Part shown: positions 1-13,500 of the stretch, piece by piece | Layout: every line of letters starts with the position of its first letter | How positions within the stretch are numbered: position 1 is the first letter of the stretch | NCBI RefSeq assembly: GCF_006345805.1 | Contig: NC_043006.1 | Coordinates: 70,990,001-71,054,000, forward strand | Reading direction: 5' to 3' | DNA length: 64,000 nucleotides | Source of the DNA: Octopus sinensis | Taxonomy: Eukaryota | Translations under genes and position numbers: made by a program | Notes under the pieces: model-generated | Told to the model about the DNA's origin: nothing | Seen by the model: the letters and a program-made list of their open reading frames with translations, nothing else | Databases searched by the model: none

Positions 1-806
1 ATATACTCAAACACACTAATTTACATGTGTGTGTGTGTCTATTTATAATACCTATTCTTTTATTCTTTTGTTTCAGTAATTTGACAGCAGCCATGCTGGA
101 GCACCACCTTTAGTTGAATAAATCAACCCCAAGACTTATTCCTTGTAAGCCTTGTTCTGTTGGTCTCTTTCTGCCAAACTGCTAAGTTACAGGGACATAA
201 ACACACCAACTTCGGTTGTCAAGAGGTGGAGGGACAAACAAAGACACAAATAACAAATACATACATATCCATACGACAGGCTTACTTCAGTCTCTGTCCA
301 CCAAATCCACTCCCAAGGCTTTGGTCGGACCAAGACTATAGTAGAAGACACCTGCCCAAGGTGCCACACAGTGGGACTGAACACGGAACCATGTGATTGG
401 TAAGCAAGCTTCTTACCACAAAGCCACTCCTGCAATACACACACACACACACATATATATGCAGATACATAAATCCCAAACAGATTCAATCCAATGCTTC
501 TTTCATTAAGACAAATTAAGAAAAAGATTTGAGGCCTTTTTGTTAAATTAACTGTATTAATTAGTTAAAGATTAATATTTTCAATGGGAGAATAACAGGA
601 GAATTAGAGTGGGGAATGGAATGTAAGAGAAAGGAACAAGGAGTAAAACAGAGAGGAAGAGAGAGAGAAACTGTATGTGTGTGTATACGCACAAATAGCT
701 TGTACCCAATCATCTATTTAAAACTTGGATCCACCAGAACATCTCACAGACACTGTTCCCTGGAAAGAAGACATCACTTCACTGACTTGTATAGGAGCAA
801 TGAATA

Positions 807-1307
807 TAAGGTATGATCAAAAAGTATCAGCACTGTTGCTATGGTAACAGAGGTAGAATATGCAGAGTGAAGCCACTTAACACAGATTTACCTTGAATCC
901 TGTCACCACTCACTTCTGTTTATAACAATACTTGGAAGTGTGTAGACTGTGGTCATTTCAGAAAGAAGATTCATTTCAGCTGTGGCAGGATCTCTTTGAT
1001 TGTGTCAAGGAAGACAAAAGCTTTTGAAAACGGTTGTAATCATGGGTCTAAGGCTATGACCCCAAAACCAAGGCTGTCATTGCAGTGGAAGATTCTCAAC
1101 AAGATTGCAAAACGTCGAGGAAACCCAAGACGAGGCAGCTGCTTGCTATCCCAAAAAAGGAGTTCCAAAAATACTTCCATCAATGGAAACGCTGGATAAA
1201 GTATATTGTTAGAAGGAGACTACTCCATGGGATATTAAATGCCAAATTGATATGTGTTGTATTTTCTTTTCATAACACCAATCCTGATACTTTTTGATCA
1301 GACCTCA
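807..1307 (+). mobile_element. mariner-derived non-autonomous element
   Basis: TIRs ...ggtatgatcaaaaagtatcag / ctgatactttttgatcagacctca, TA flanks; FQKYFHQWKRWIKY resembles the mariner C-terminus. Confidence 0.8.
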
Positions 1308-1475
1308 TATACCCAGGGTCAGACCAAGGAGACAACTGAGACAACCAGGACTTCAAAGCTGAGCTTAAAGATACGTAAACTTCACTTCTATACAAGGCAT
1401 GGTTATGATGTATTTAGTAGGGCCCTGCAGTAATAGACTCTAGGTGAAAAAACTATGAAAAGCAATGGTACTTAC

Positions 1476-1584
1476 AGGGTAGCTTTCTGCTGGACAGGTC
1501 TTTCTCAATGGAGAGGCAGGTTTCATCTAGAGGTTTATTAATCCCTAGTTTGATTAAAGCAATGTCCTTCACCTCAGATACAAG
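1476..1584 (-). CDS. USP40: USP40 coding exon 22 (last in window)
   Basis: [36 protein letters not shown]|gtaagt, 109 nt, phase 1. Confidence 0.82.
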
Positions 1585-4500
1585 CTGTGGAATGAATCAT
1601 GGGAGACAAGAGTGAGGCAGAGGAGAAAAACAGAAGTGAGGATTTACTTATTTAAAACAATTACATTAAACTGAAATGATTGACAATGATAAAGGCTCCA
1701 TCCAATTACTGAAAGAGGCTGTAAACCAGCAGTTTTCAGTTGCAGCTCCCTAGGCCACATGCAGCCCTCAAGCATCTTTCCAATGGTCCCCAACAGTCTT
1801 CCCTCTATAAATATAAATTTTTCTTTGACTTGAGTTTGACTTTTTCAGTGTGGCTCCCCTAACAAAAAAAAAAGGTTGAGAACCATAGCTGTAAACCCTA
1901 ACATGTGACTGACTCAGCTTTACATGTTTATTCCAAAACAATGCTAAACCACCATATTTAATAAGGCCAGCAACTTTAGGGGAAGGAGGTTATTCAATTA
2001 TATAATATATAATGAAATTATTGTATACAGTGCTCAGGTGCACCACAACTTGTCAGAGAGTGCATATAAAGTACATGCAGTAATATATAAATGTCTGGGA
2101 AGTGAACAGTGTATGAGTCAGATACATGCTTGTGTGTGTATGGAGGGGAGAAAATCAAGTGTAGTGTTGGCGAATCTCAGGAAGCATGGAAGTTTTGAAG
2201 GATGCAGTGCTCCGACAACTAACAACTGATGCCAGCAGTTTGTTCCATGCTTCAGCAACTCTCAGTGTGAAAAAATACCAACCCCAGATAGGATGAAAGG
2301 CAAAAATTGACCATGGTGGTATTTGAGTTCAGAACATAAAGCACCAGAAGAAATGCAAGGAAGCATTTTGTCCAGCATACCAATGATCCAGCCAACCCAT
2401 TGCCTTATCCTTAATAATGATTTTCTGTAATGGTACAAGTTCACAAGTATTTTATGGTAGGATTTGAACTCAGAACATAAACCTAGCTAACTAGAGCAAT
2501 ATATTCTGTCTATAAAGATATTGTATAAAGACAAGATATTTATAACTGTCTGTTACAGTGTTGGCTTAAATCTGTATAGATATGCGCTGCAATGTATGCC
2601 TTCTGATATTCTATCAACCTTACCCCTGCACCACTCGTCATCATCATTTAATGACCGTTTTCCATGCTGGCATGGGTTAGACAGTTTTGGCTTGGTTTCT
2701 ATGGCTGGATGCCCTTCCTGATGCCCACCACTTTACAGAGTGTACTAGATGCTTTTTATGCGGCACGAGCACAGGTGCTTTTTACATGGCACCTTCATAA
2801 TAATAATTTCTAGCAGGTACTAATCTATATACTTTAAGAAAGAAATATAATCATCAATTTTCTCACACACACATAAACACCCAGTTTGTGATATTCTATT
2901 TCAACAACCTTGAAGAATGAAAAGTGAAACACATTAAGATTTAAACTCAGAATGTAAAGAGATGAGACTAAATATTAGGAAGTATTTTCTAAGTGCTCTA
3001 TTATTCTGTCATTTACCCATCATAATTGTTTCTACTGTGGAGACACAATGGCCCAGTGATTGGGGCAGCGGACTCGCGGTCAGAGCATCGCGGTTTCGGG
3101 CGTTGTGTGTGTTCATTGAGCGAAAACACCTAAAGCTCCACGAGGCTCTAGCAGAGGGTGGTGGTTACCCCTGTTGTACTCTTTCGCCCCAACTTTCTCT
3201 CACTCTTTCTTCCTGTTTCTTGTGTAACACTGCGATGGACTGGCGTCCCGTCCAGCTGGAAGGAACACATATGCCACAGAAACTGGGAAACCAGGCCCAT
3301 GAGCCTGGCTAGGCTTGAAAAGGGCACATAAATAAAAAATAAATAAATTGTTTCTACTATAAGCACATAACCTCGAATTTCGGGGAGGAGTAAGGAAGTC
3401 GATTACACATCAACCCCAGAGCTCAAATGGTAATTATTTCATTGATCCTGAAAGGATGAAAGGTAAAGTTGAGCTCAACACAATTTGAACTCAGAACATG
3501 AAGACAAATGAAATCCCACTAAACATTTTGTTCAGTGTGATAACAATTCTGACAGCTTGTTGAATTATTTCTACCATAATGACAGAGTCAATAAGGTTAA
3601 CCCCTAGTAGATGACTGGTGTTGAATTTCAACAACTCTTGAAAAAGATTGAAATAATAGTTGAAGGAAAGAAAGAGATAACTGAAGCGATTTAAATGTCA
3701 TTGTAACACACTGAATTAACTACAATACAGTATCTGAGAAAGAATTGAACATTAGCATATGTAGTACTTACCATATCTTTGTCGGTCTCAACCATCACAG
3801 TGGAACTTGTGGATTGCTGTGGACATCAACATAAAAAAAAAATGTAAAATGAAAAAAAAAATTGGTCAAAAAAATTTGTTTGAAAATTCAAAAATTCAAA
3901 TTAATGCAGAGGAAAATAAGCATTCTGAAAGTATTTGATAAAACTCGCATTGAAAAAAAATTAAGAATATAAAAAAATATAAATCAACAATTCTGATAGT
4001 CATAAAATACAAAATATTTTAAAATTTCATATTTAATGTTTTGAAAAGGAAACATGGCAATTGGTCAATAAACATTTGTGTATTTCTTGTGTAAATATCG
4101 ACATCTTGTTTTATTTGTTAAAGACCGACCTTAGAGGAGGTTCTTGGTCTCCTACAGTATGTACATGCTGGAGGATTCATCAAGACAGTAAATATCAATT
4201 TTCACCCATGATTGCAAGTCAACATGTTATTTGATATGCTTTAACACTTTTCATATCACCATATAATGTCTGATACTATTTGTCCATGCTAACTAATGTC
4301 TCATCATGGCGGATAGGCTGGGCATCAAAGGATCAATGTCTTCATTACATATTGTAACCTCATAGCCACAAATAAAGAATGTATACTTGCAACCATTCAT
4401 AAGCTCTACTGAACCTTACTTTTAAATTTGATGTATATTCTTACATTTAGTAAAAAGAGAATATGATTGCCTATTTTCTCCGATAAGACTTCTGAGAAAA

Positions 4501-7500
4501 AAAATGTGCCTATATATCTAGTTGTATGTGTAAATGTGCCTATATATCTAGTTGTATGTGTAAATATGCACATATATATATAGTTGAAAAATATCGTTAT
4601 AGGTATACATATACCATAAACAATTATAGAAAAATGGAGGAGAAAAAGATGTTGAATCAAAATTAAATTTAATACAAAATAGGATTAAATCTAATTTTGA
4701 TTCAACATATTTTTCTCCTCCATTTTTCTATAATTGTTTATAGTATATTTAATATTTTTCAGTTACTATTTTGATATTCATATTACTTGCTCTGGTTGTC
4801 TTTTATGAATATGATGGATCTTTATTAGAAATCATTCTTTCTCTCTTTTTGGACCTCCCAAAAAGTTTGAATATGAGACTGTGACATATGGTTTCCCAGA
4901 GTGATACCAGAACATAAATGGAACAGGGGTAAATTTTTTAGTTTAATGTAAAGAAATAGTAAAACTCACCTGACAGCAATTTTCCACAGATACAAGTAGC
5001 TTACTTCTTTTTGTAATTGTCCAGTCTGTCAAACTTGGGCTGTCAATAGAGAAAGACGAGGGTTGAGATAAGGGGACATAACCATGCATGAAGTTTGTAT
5101 AGGGACTGACTGTACAGGTTCATCTAACCAATGTTGCTGACAAAGGGAATTTTGAACATCGTGGATTATTAAATCAGGGTAAGCCATGGTCAGTTGAGGT
5201 AATGCTGAGTAAGATTTTGCTGGGTAGATAAATCTAATGTTAACAATAAACCCAAAAAGGAAGACTATGTGGTTGCTTCACATGCAAGAAAAAGCAGTCA
5301 AATCTCCTTCACAGGTCAACATAAAGGGCACCAGTGCCAGTTCATATAAAAGGCACCCATGCTAGTCTACATAGAAAGCACCTGTAATGATGTCACATAA
5401 AAAGCACCTGGCACATACTGTAAAGTTGTTGGCATTAGGTAGGGCATCCTAATGCAGAAACCAAGCTAAGTTAGACTGGGACTTGGTGCAGGTCACCAGT
5501 GTTGGTCAAACCATCCAGCCTATGTCAGCATGGAAAATGGACATCAAATAATGATGACGATGATGTTCCATGCTGGCATGGGTTGGACAGTTTGACAAGA
5601 ACCAATGGATGCAAAAACTCCATCATGCTCCAGTATCTGTTTTTCATGTTTTTTAAGGCTGGATGCTCTAACACCAACCATGTTACAGCACATGGTGTGT
5701 GTCTTTTTCATACCACCAGCATAAGTGAAACAATCATGGAGCTTGCAACATCACAAACCTTGAGTGATGGAATGGACTTTATGCTAGGAGAAAGAGGTGT
5801 AGAGAGGAGTAAAGAATGAGAGAAAATGGCCAGAGCAGAACAAGTTGCAGAGGAGCTATATGACTATTAATATTTTAGTCTTGAAAAAGTAAGGACACAT
5901 TGCATAATGTAGCCCTAGATATAAAATGCTAAAACAAAAACATGATAGTCAAGGCTGGAACACTTCTTGTCAGTCAGTACTGACCTTGAGGTCAAACAAG
6001 TCGTCAGACAGATGAAAGACTATATTTATGATACTTTACAGTTTTACCCCCCCCCCCCCCCCACTAATAACTTGTGGGACCCATGGAAATTTCATTTTTA
6101 TAAATGCCTTGTTTGGTTTGATAAATTGATAGATCATCTTAGCACTATTTCATTATGCTAAAAATGTTCTCAGATTTTGGTCCATAGTTAAGGTTGTTTA
6201 ATACTACACCTCAATTTACTGAACCACCTCCCTCAAACTTGCTGGCCTTCTGCCAAAATTTGTAACAAACGTTACACCTGAAAAAAAGAAAGACATGTGG
6301 AGATAAAGAGAATAATACTGCCTAGAGCTGGTCCCCAACCATTTTTACACCATGGACCAATTTCATTCAAGACAATGTTTCTACAGACTGAGGAATCATA
6401 CACATAACATAATAAAGTGCTTAATATATAATTCAATTATTACATCTTTAATACATATCTATTACACACACGATGCAAAAACATTCTGCAGACTCTAGTA
6501 GTCAATAAAATAAAATTTAAATATTTATTTTTTCTGTGTGGCTGGCTCCACTACCAAATGGGCCAGTGGTTGGGGGCTCTTAGAGTATAACAAATCAGCA
6601 GGAGAAACATGTGAAGAGGGGATAGTTACCCAGAGCAGAATTTGTCCTCCACAACCAACTCATCTCCATCAGTAAGTCCAAGAGCAGACAAGGTTTGGTC
6701 CTCATTGCTATTGTTGTTGCTGTAGCAGATCTCAATGGCAGACACTTGGCTTCCTGAGAATGAGAGAAAAAGGAAGAGATATAGAGAGGGAAAATAGAGA
6801 GAGCAGGGTACCATGAACGAAACTCACAAGCTGAAAGGCAACACACTAGATCAAGGTGCTGTACAGTAGAAGTGAACCTGATACCACATGACTGAAGTGA
6901 AATTCCTTATCACAATTATCATCATAAAAAGCTACCCTATCGGGCAGATTTTGGGCTAGTACATAGCTTTTAAACAACTGAACCTGAATGGGAAGATCTG
7001 CAAACAGATCTCTGACTTGTTTTGGAGAATTTGTTGCAATTGCTTTCTTCCAGTCATATCCCAATGATGATCATATTCGTCGCAAAAATTCACCAAAAAT
7101 AATCACTGGATATTGCAATTAATTTCAATTATTCCCAAACTTTATTTCCGAGTTATAAAAATTGTTATCATACAAAAAAAATCACTGAAAATAATCACAG
7201 TAAGGAAAACTTGGGAATCCAAAATTTCAGGATTGCGGGTCCGGATTTGGCCTGCAATGATTTTAATTTACTCAAGGAGACAGCCTAATTCCAAAATGGT
7301 AGGATATGTTGGGCAAAGTTGAAAAAGTGTAACACTGACATTTGCATTTATTATATTAGATGTGTGTGTGTGTGTATACTAGCTTAAAAACCACCCTATC
7401 AAGCAGCTTTTAAGCTAGCTCCTGTACAACATTGGAAGCTCTCCTGGTTTCTGATTGCTCTAGTGATTCTGAATCCCTTACTCTTCTCATGGTGGCTACA

Positions 7501-10500
7501 TTGGAAGCTCTCCTAGATTCAGCTTGTTCAGGTGTTTCTAATATACTTTCTCTCCTCTTGGTAAGGGCATTTGATGCTCTCCTGGATGCAGCTTGATCAA
7601 GAGTTTGAGAGTCCCTAAGTATTTGCATATTCTCTGCATTGGAAGATCTCCTGGCTGCCGTTTGACCCAGATTTTCATTTGCATGTGACTTTCTTTTCCT
7701 CGCTGCAGTCTTGGTCCTTTTGATTGCAATCTGGTGCTCTGTTGGTGGAGATTTATTTTTACAAGGCATACTGCTGTCGTATGCGATAGGCAACAATAAA
7801 CAACAGAACTGAAAATTGATTGCTGCATTTAAGTATTACATTAATATTTAAGCCTATCTTTTAAAAGTTCAAGAATAATTCTTCTGCTGCCACTTAATTT
7901 AAAGACAATTTAATGTATGTAGGTCCTTACTTTTCATACAATAATTATTTCTATTTCATAGGTGACTTTCACTGGATTTCCCAATTTATTTCAATTATTC
8001 CCAAATTTATTTCCAAGTTATAAAAATTGTTATATTAATATGCTAATACCTATGTAGTTACATACATATGTACTTGTGGTGTGTGTCACACTTAGTTAAG
8101 AGGAAGAGGTAAAAAGAGAGAAATGAAACTTGTTAAGCAGAAGTATAGTTGAAGTAAGAGGCAAAGTGGCAAAGAATAGGGAGTAAGTGAGAGTGAGAGA
8201 AAGAGAGAGAGGACTTGATAGAGCTGAGAGGTAAGACAAATATACTGCATTGAATGCAAGAGAAAGGTTAGAGGCAAGGAGACATAGAGGAGGGAGGGAG
8301 AAGAGAGAAAGATATTTAGAGAGATAGACTGAGTGAACAAAAGGAGTGAATAGAGAATTAAAGTGAAAGAGAATGAAGCTATTCTCAGAGAGAAAACGCT
8401 GGAAAACTTTTCGTTTTGGACGATATATGATAAAGCCATTGTGACAGTTATTCTATGCCATTTGAAAGGTATTTGTATAGAATTTCATTAAAAAATATCA
8501 ATTTTCCTGAAAGTTATGAGGCAGAAAATGTCAGGTTGTGTGAATTTTCTGAAACTCCTCTCCCTGGCCCCTCAGAAAAAATTTTTCCAACACATCTTAA
8601 CATACACTCAATCAACAGGATCTAAGTGATTATTTATGGAATTTATAAGGCAACAAAGTCAGTGGGGTATACATCTGTAGTTATGCTCATAATTATTCGA
8701 TAGTTATTAAATGAAGTCACTATTTACAGATGCTTACATTTATGTCTTCCATGAAGTCTTCACAGATCCAGTTAGTAAAAATTGTTATCATACAAAAAAA
8801 TTCATTGCCAAAAAACCATGTTAAAAAAAAATTTTTTTAATCTGCCAAAAACAATCGCAGTAATGAAAACTTGGGAATCCAAAATTTCAGGATTGCGGAT
8901 CCTGATTTAGCCCAAAATGTTTTTAATTTTCTCACGGAGTTGGCCTGATCCCAAAATAGTATATGTTGGACTACGGCATCTAGGAATAAAGTTGAAAAAG
9001 TGTGACACACAGATATTCGCATTTATTATATTAGATATGTATATTCTTGTTAAGAATTTATATTTGCAAAGGTTTGTGGCCTAGTGATTAGACTGTTGCA
9101 CTCACAATCACCAGATTGTGGGTTTGATTCTGGGTGTTGTGTTGCATTTTTGAGCAAAACACTTCGAAGTTGCTCGTCTCTCCTTTTGACCAGCAGGGAA
9201 AGGTTGGCCTTTCAAAGGCTAAAAAGATGCATAGCATATTGTGACCAGTGATGTATAACAATATCTGACCAGTCATGTGATATATTCATGATTTAGCTAT
9301 GATGGACAAGAACATACTGAAGCACCACCTACATACATATATTTACCTGTTTGTTGAAGTTTCTTAATGCTAATCTTCTTGACCGAGACGCCAGTTCGTT
9401 GACTGACCAGAACTTTGAAGTCAGCCATAGACAGAGACTTGGAGTAGGCATGGCTAAACTGGAGAGGGTTACCATATATCACAGTCAACAGAATTGGTTC
9501 ACTCTCTATACCTACTGGTATCTCCTGCTTCTGAACCTAGAACAGAAAGAGCAGAATAACAGCCCAGGTCATATAGTTATGATAGGAAAGGAGAATATAG
9601 TGGAGGAATGAAAATAGATAGAATGGCAGGCTGGGTCATAATATAGTTGTTCGAAGTAGGAAAAGAGAATACAGCTGGGGAATGACAATAAATAGAATGG
9701 CAGGCTAGATCAAATTATGCTGGATTTTTAGCCCTTAGTCAACTCTCAACAAGCAGACTCATGATCAAGTGTTTCAGCTGTGATCATTTTGTCTATAGGC
9801 ATACATAAACAGTTTCTGACTTATTCTGTTTGATATCTCATTCTTTATGCAAGACTAAGGAGTGATTGTGCTTTGAATAAAATTTGGTTATCATTTCAGC
9901 ATGTCAAGCAACCACAGATAGAAGCTCCTTATTGTCTTGTGTTTGCATATATATATATATATATAATTGTGATTTTGCCAGCCTCGTCTGGCACCTGTGT
10001 CGGTGGCACATAAAAAACACCATCCGAGCGTGGCCATCTGCCAGCCTCGTCTGGCACCTGTGTCGGTGGCACATAAAATCACCCACTACACTCTCGGAGT
10101 GGTTGGCGTTAGGAAGGGCATCCAGCTGTAGAAACACTGCCAGATCTGACTGGCCTGGTGCAGCCTTCGGGCTTGAACCATCCAACCCATGCTAGCATGG
10201 AAAGCGGACGTTAAACAATGACGATGATGATGATATATATATATATATATCTCATCATCGTTTTAACATCCACTTTCCCATGCTTGGACAGAGTTTGAGT
10301 CAGACTTTTCTGTTTGGGTGCCTTCCTTGTCACCAATCTTCACCTGTTTCTAAGCATAGAAATATTTCCCCAAGGCCAGACATGTTTTCACAATATTAGT
10401 CAGACAGTAGCAGTCATTTCCAGCTATCACACGACATCAAGACAAGACACACACACACACGATGGATTTTCAGTTTCTGTCTACCAAATCCACTCAAGAT

Positions 10501-13500
10501 TTTGGTCAGCCTGGGGCAATGGTAGACAACACCTGCCCAGAGTACCAAGCAGTGGTTGGGAGGCAAACTTTCTTAACCACATAGCCATGCCTGCACCTGA
10601 GCAGATATTGGTTCAAGATGAGTAAGCAGTGCTATTCACCCTGGTTGTGGACACCAAATTGTGATTAAGATTTGAACCTATGACCAAGTGAACAATCAAT
10701 AACCCAACATCTTAACCACACAGGTATTGTGACTTCTCCAATAACTATGTTTCCAACATTGAGAAAAACATGGATGAAGGGCCATCCCTCCACATATCTA
10801 GTGATGGTTGAGATTGAGGGACATCAAGCAGTTAGATGTTTACAACATTATCATCATTGTCTTTTAACGTCCATATGCCATGCTAGCATGGGTTGGATGG
10901 TTTGACAGGAGCTGATGTGTCCAAGGACTGCATCATGCTCCAACATAAGTTTTAGCATGGTTTCTATTGTTGGATGCCCAACAATAACCACTGCACAGCA
11001 TGTACTGGGTCATTTTTCTTTATGCCACCAGCACTATTAAAGTCACCATGTATCTCTCAGAAACAAATGACCAATACATCTTTGACTTCAAATGGAACCG
11101 GACAATAGCTACTCTAAAAGAACAACAATGAAGATGATATCACTTACCTGTTTCCCATCCCAAACAAACAACTTGGTACCATATTTGATTGGCAAACTTT
11201 CTATCACTTTGCTATCATCAGCTGCAAAATTCAAAGACAGCAAAATAATAATAATAATAATAATAATACTGTTTCAAATTTTGGCATAGGGCCAGCAATT
11301 TTAGGGGTGATGGAGTTAGTCAGTTACATGGATCCTAGTACTTGACTAGTACTTTATCTTACCTTGAAGGGATGAAAAGCTAAGTTGACTTTGTTGGGAT
11401 TTGAGCTCAGACTGTAAAGAGCCAGAAGAAATACCACTAAGCATTTTGTTTGACAGGCTAACTATTCTGCCAGCTTAATGCCTTAATAATATTAATGCTT
11501 ATCTATTAATCACAAGTGAGCGTGACTGAGTAGCTTTAGTTGCCAATCTAAGTGTGAGAAGATTGGCACCATCTTGGCCTTCCTATTGAAACATCAAGGA
11601 TGTGACAGCTAGAAGGAGAGTAAGCTGCACCAACACAAAGGTGAGTAAACCTGAACAACGTGAAATGATAAACATTGTTCAAATACATAAACACAGTCTG
11701 ATCTAGGAATCGAACCTGTGACCTTAAGATCCCAAGTACAACACACTAACCACTAGACCAAGCAACTTCAAATAATGGTTTCTGATTTTGGTGAAAGACC
11801 AACTGTTTTGAGAGAAGGGTCTTCGTTGACTAGAATTGTTATCAACCATGAAAGGATGAAAAGAAAACTTGACTATGACACAATTTGAAATCAGAACATA
11901 GAGAAATATTGTATATCTTTCTGTAAGCAGAACGTGCAGGACGAGTAGCTAACTATAATGGATAATCTTAAATTTAATTACATTTTATTTCTAATTTTCT
12001 ATCACTAGCAACTTTACCTTTCTGGCTGTTGCCATGACAGAAAAATTGATCTCTGCATGACAAAGAAAGTAAGAAGAAAAGAGAGGAAATACAAATGTGG
12101 AAGGTGAAAAATGTGCAGGTAGGGAGCAGAGACCTGTCACTTACCAGATAAATGTTCATACAAATGACAGCCAGCCACAAGCTTCTTCAATCGATGAATA
12201 TGTATGTCTGGTCCTTGGACAGCCTTCTGATCCAACTGCAATTTATACAATATAGACATCATCAGCAGAGTCAACAACAATAATATTGAGGAACACCATC
12301 TTTCTGTGGTGAATAAAGTGAACCTCAGTAGGGTTTGAAATCAGAATAAAACGGAATATGACTGTATCACCACAAGATATCATGTCCAACATTTTCCTAA
12401 TTCTACCATCCACCATCTTTAATGACAATAACCATCATTCACCATCATCATTTAATGTCCATTTTCCATGCTGGCATGAGTTGGACGGTTTGACATGGGC
12501 TGGCCAAGCAGAAGACTGCACCAGGCTTCACTGTCAGTTTTGGCGTGGTTTTTACAGCTGGATGCTCTTCCTAACACCAACCACTTTACAGAGTGGACTA
12601 ATAATTGCAATAATAAATGAAGCCCAAATTATAATTAAGATATATCATAAAGGAACAAGACTAATAAAAGTATGCCCATCATCATCATGCACCCATTCAA
12701 AAGCTATAAATTTTAATACAAGACAATTACACATGACATCTTAAAACCTATTAGAAACAAAACTATATAGTTACATGCTATTCTATTTCCTGCCCTCTGA
12801 AAACATCACACCATCTGGTCATCATCTGATCTTCCATCGCCCCTCTCTCCCAAAATAATATACCATCTAACATTCCATCTCCCTGCCTCTCAAAACAACA
12901 TATCACCTCATTACCACCAGACTCTCCCTTTTCTTCTGTCCTCAAAACATCATCTTGTCACCATCTGCCCTTCCCAAAACACCACATCATCTATTAACCC
13001 ATTAGTCAGTCTCTACTCTTTCTATATATCATTCCCAATATATCTGCCCAACCTATCTTCCCAAAACACAACATACAACACCATCTGCAACCCTCCCATT
13101 GCACCCTCTACCTCCAACCCATCACTACTCCATGCCAATTGATGCAACTCTTCCACCGAAAAACCACATCATACCATCACTGGCCCACCAGCCACACCAA
13201 CTACCATACACACCACCTCTAACCATCACACAATACCATACTTATTGACATACCTCTGTCACAGCAGCCTTCAATTCAGCCACAGTTTTCCGTTTATCCA
13301 TGACCAGGGACTGGAAAGGTTGATGGTTTTCACAAGGATGAAGTGCTCCGTCTCGGTACTCGTAGTAACAGGAGTAGTGGATCTGTAAAGCTATTTGGTG
13401 TATAGAGCTATCATAGGTCAACCTATAAAGAGAAAGGTAAATAAACAATCAGATTTAGACAAAAAAAAAAGTACATAATATTCAGCATTATAGGCACAGG

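Noticed and set aside
892-915. Small AG/GT-bounded segment as USP40 exon 23
   Set aside because: Lies inside the mariner-derived element and does not fit the expected protein or phase.
6846-7064. 72-aa ORF as an extra USP40 exon
   Set aside because: Exons 18 and 19 join in phase without it; it lies in a Helitron-like segment and lacks good splice sites.
8092-8439. Hydrophobic 60-150-aa ORFs here and throughout the track
   Set aside because: They derive from GA/CT-rich or microsatellite sequence and SINE antisense frames; no recognisable domains.
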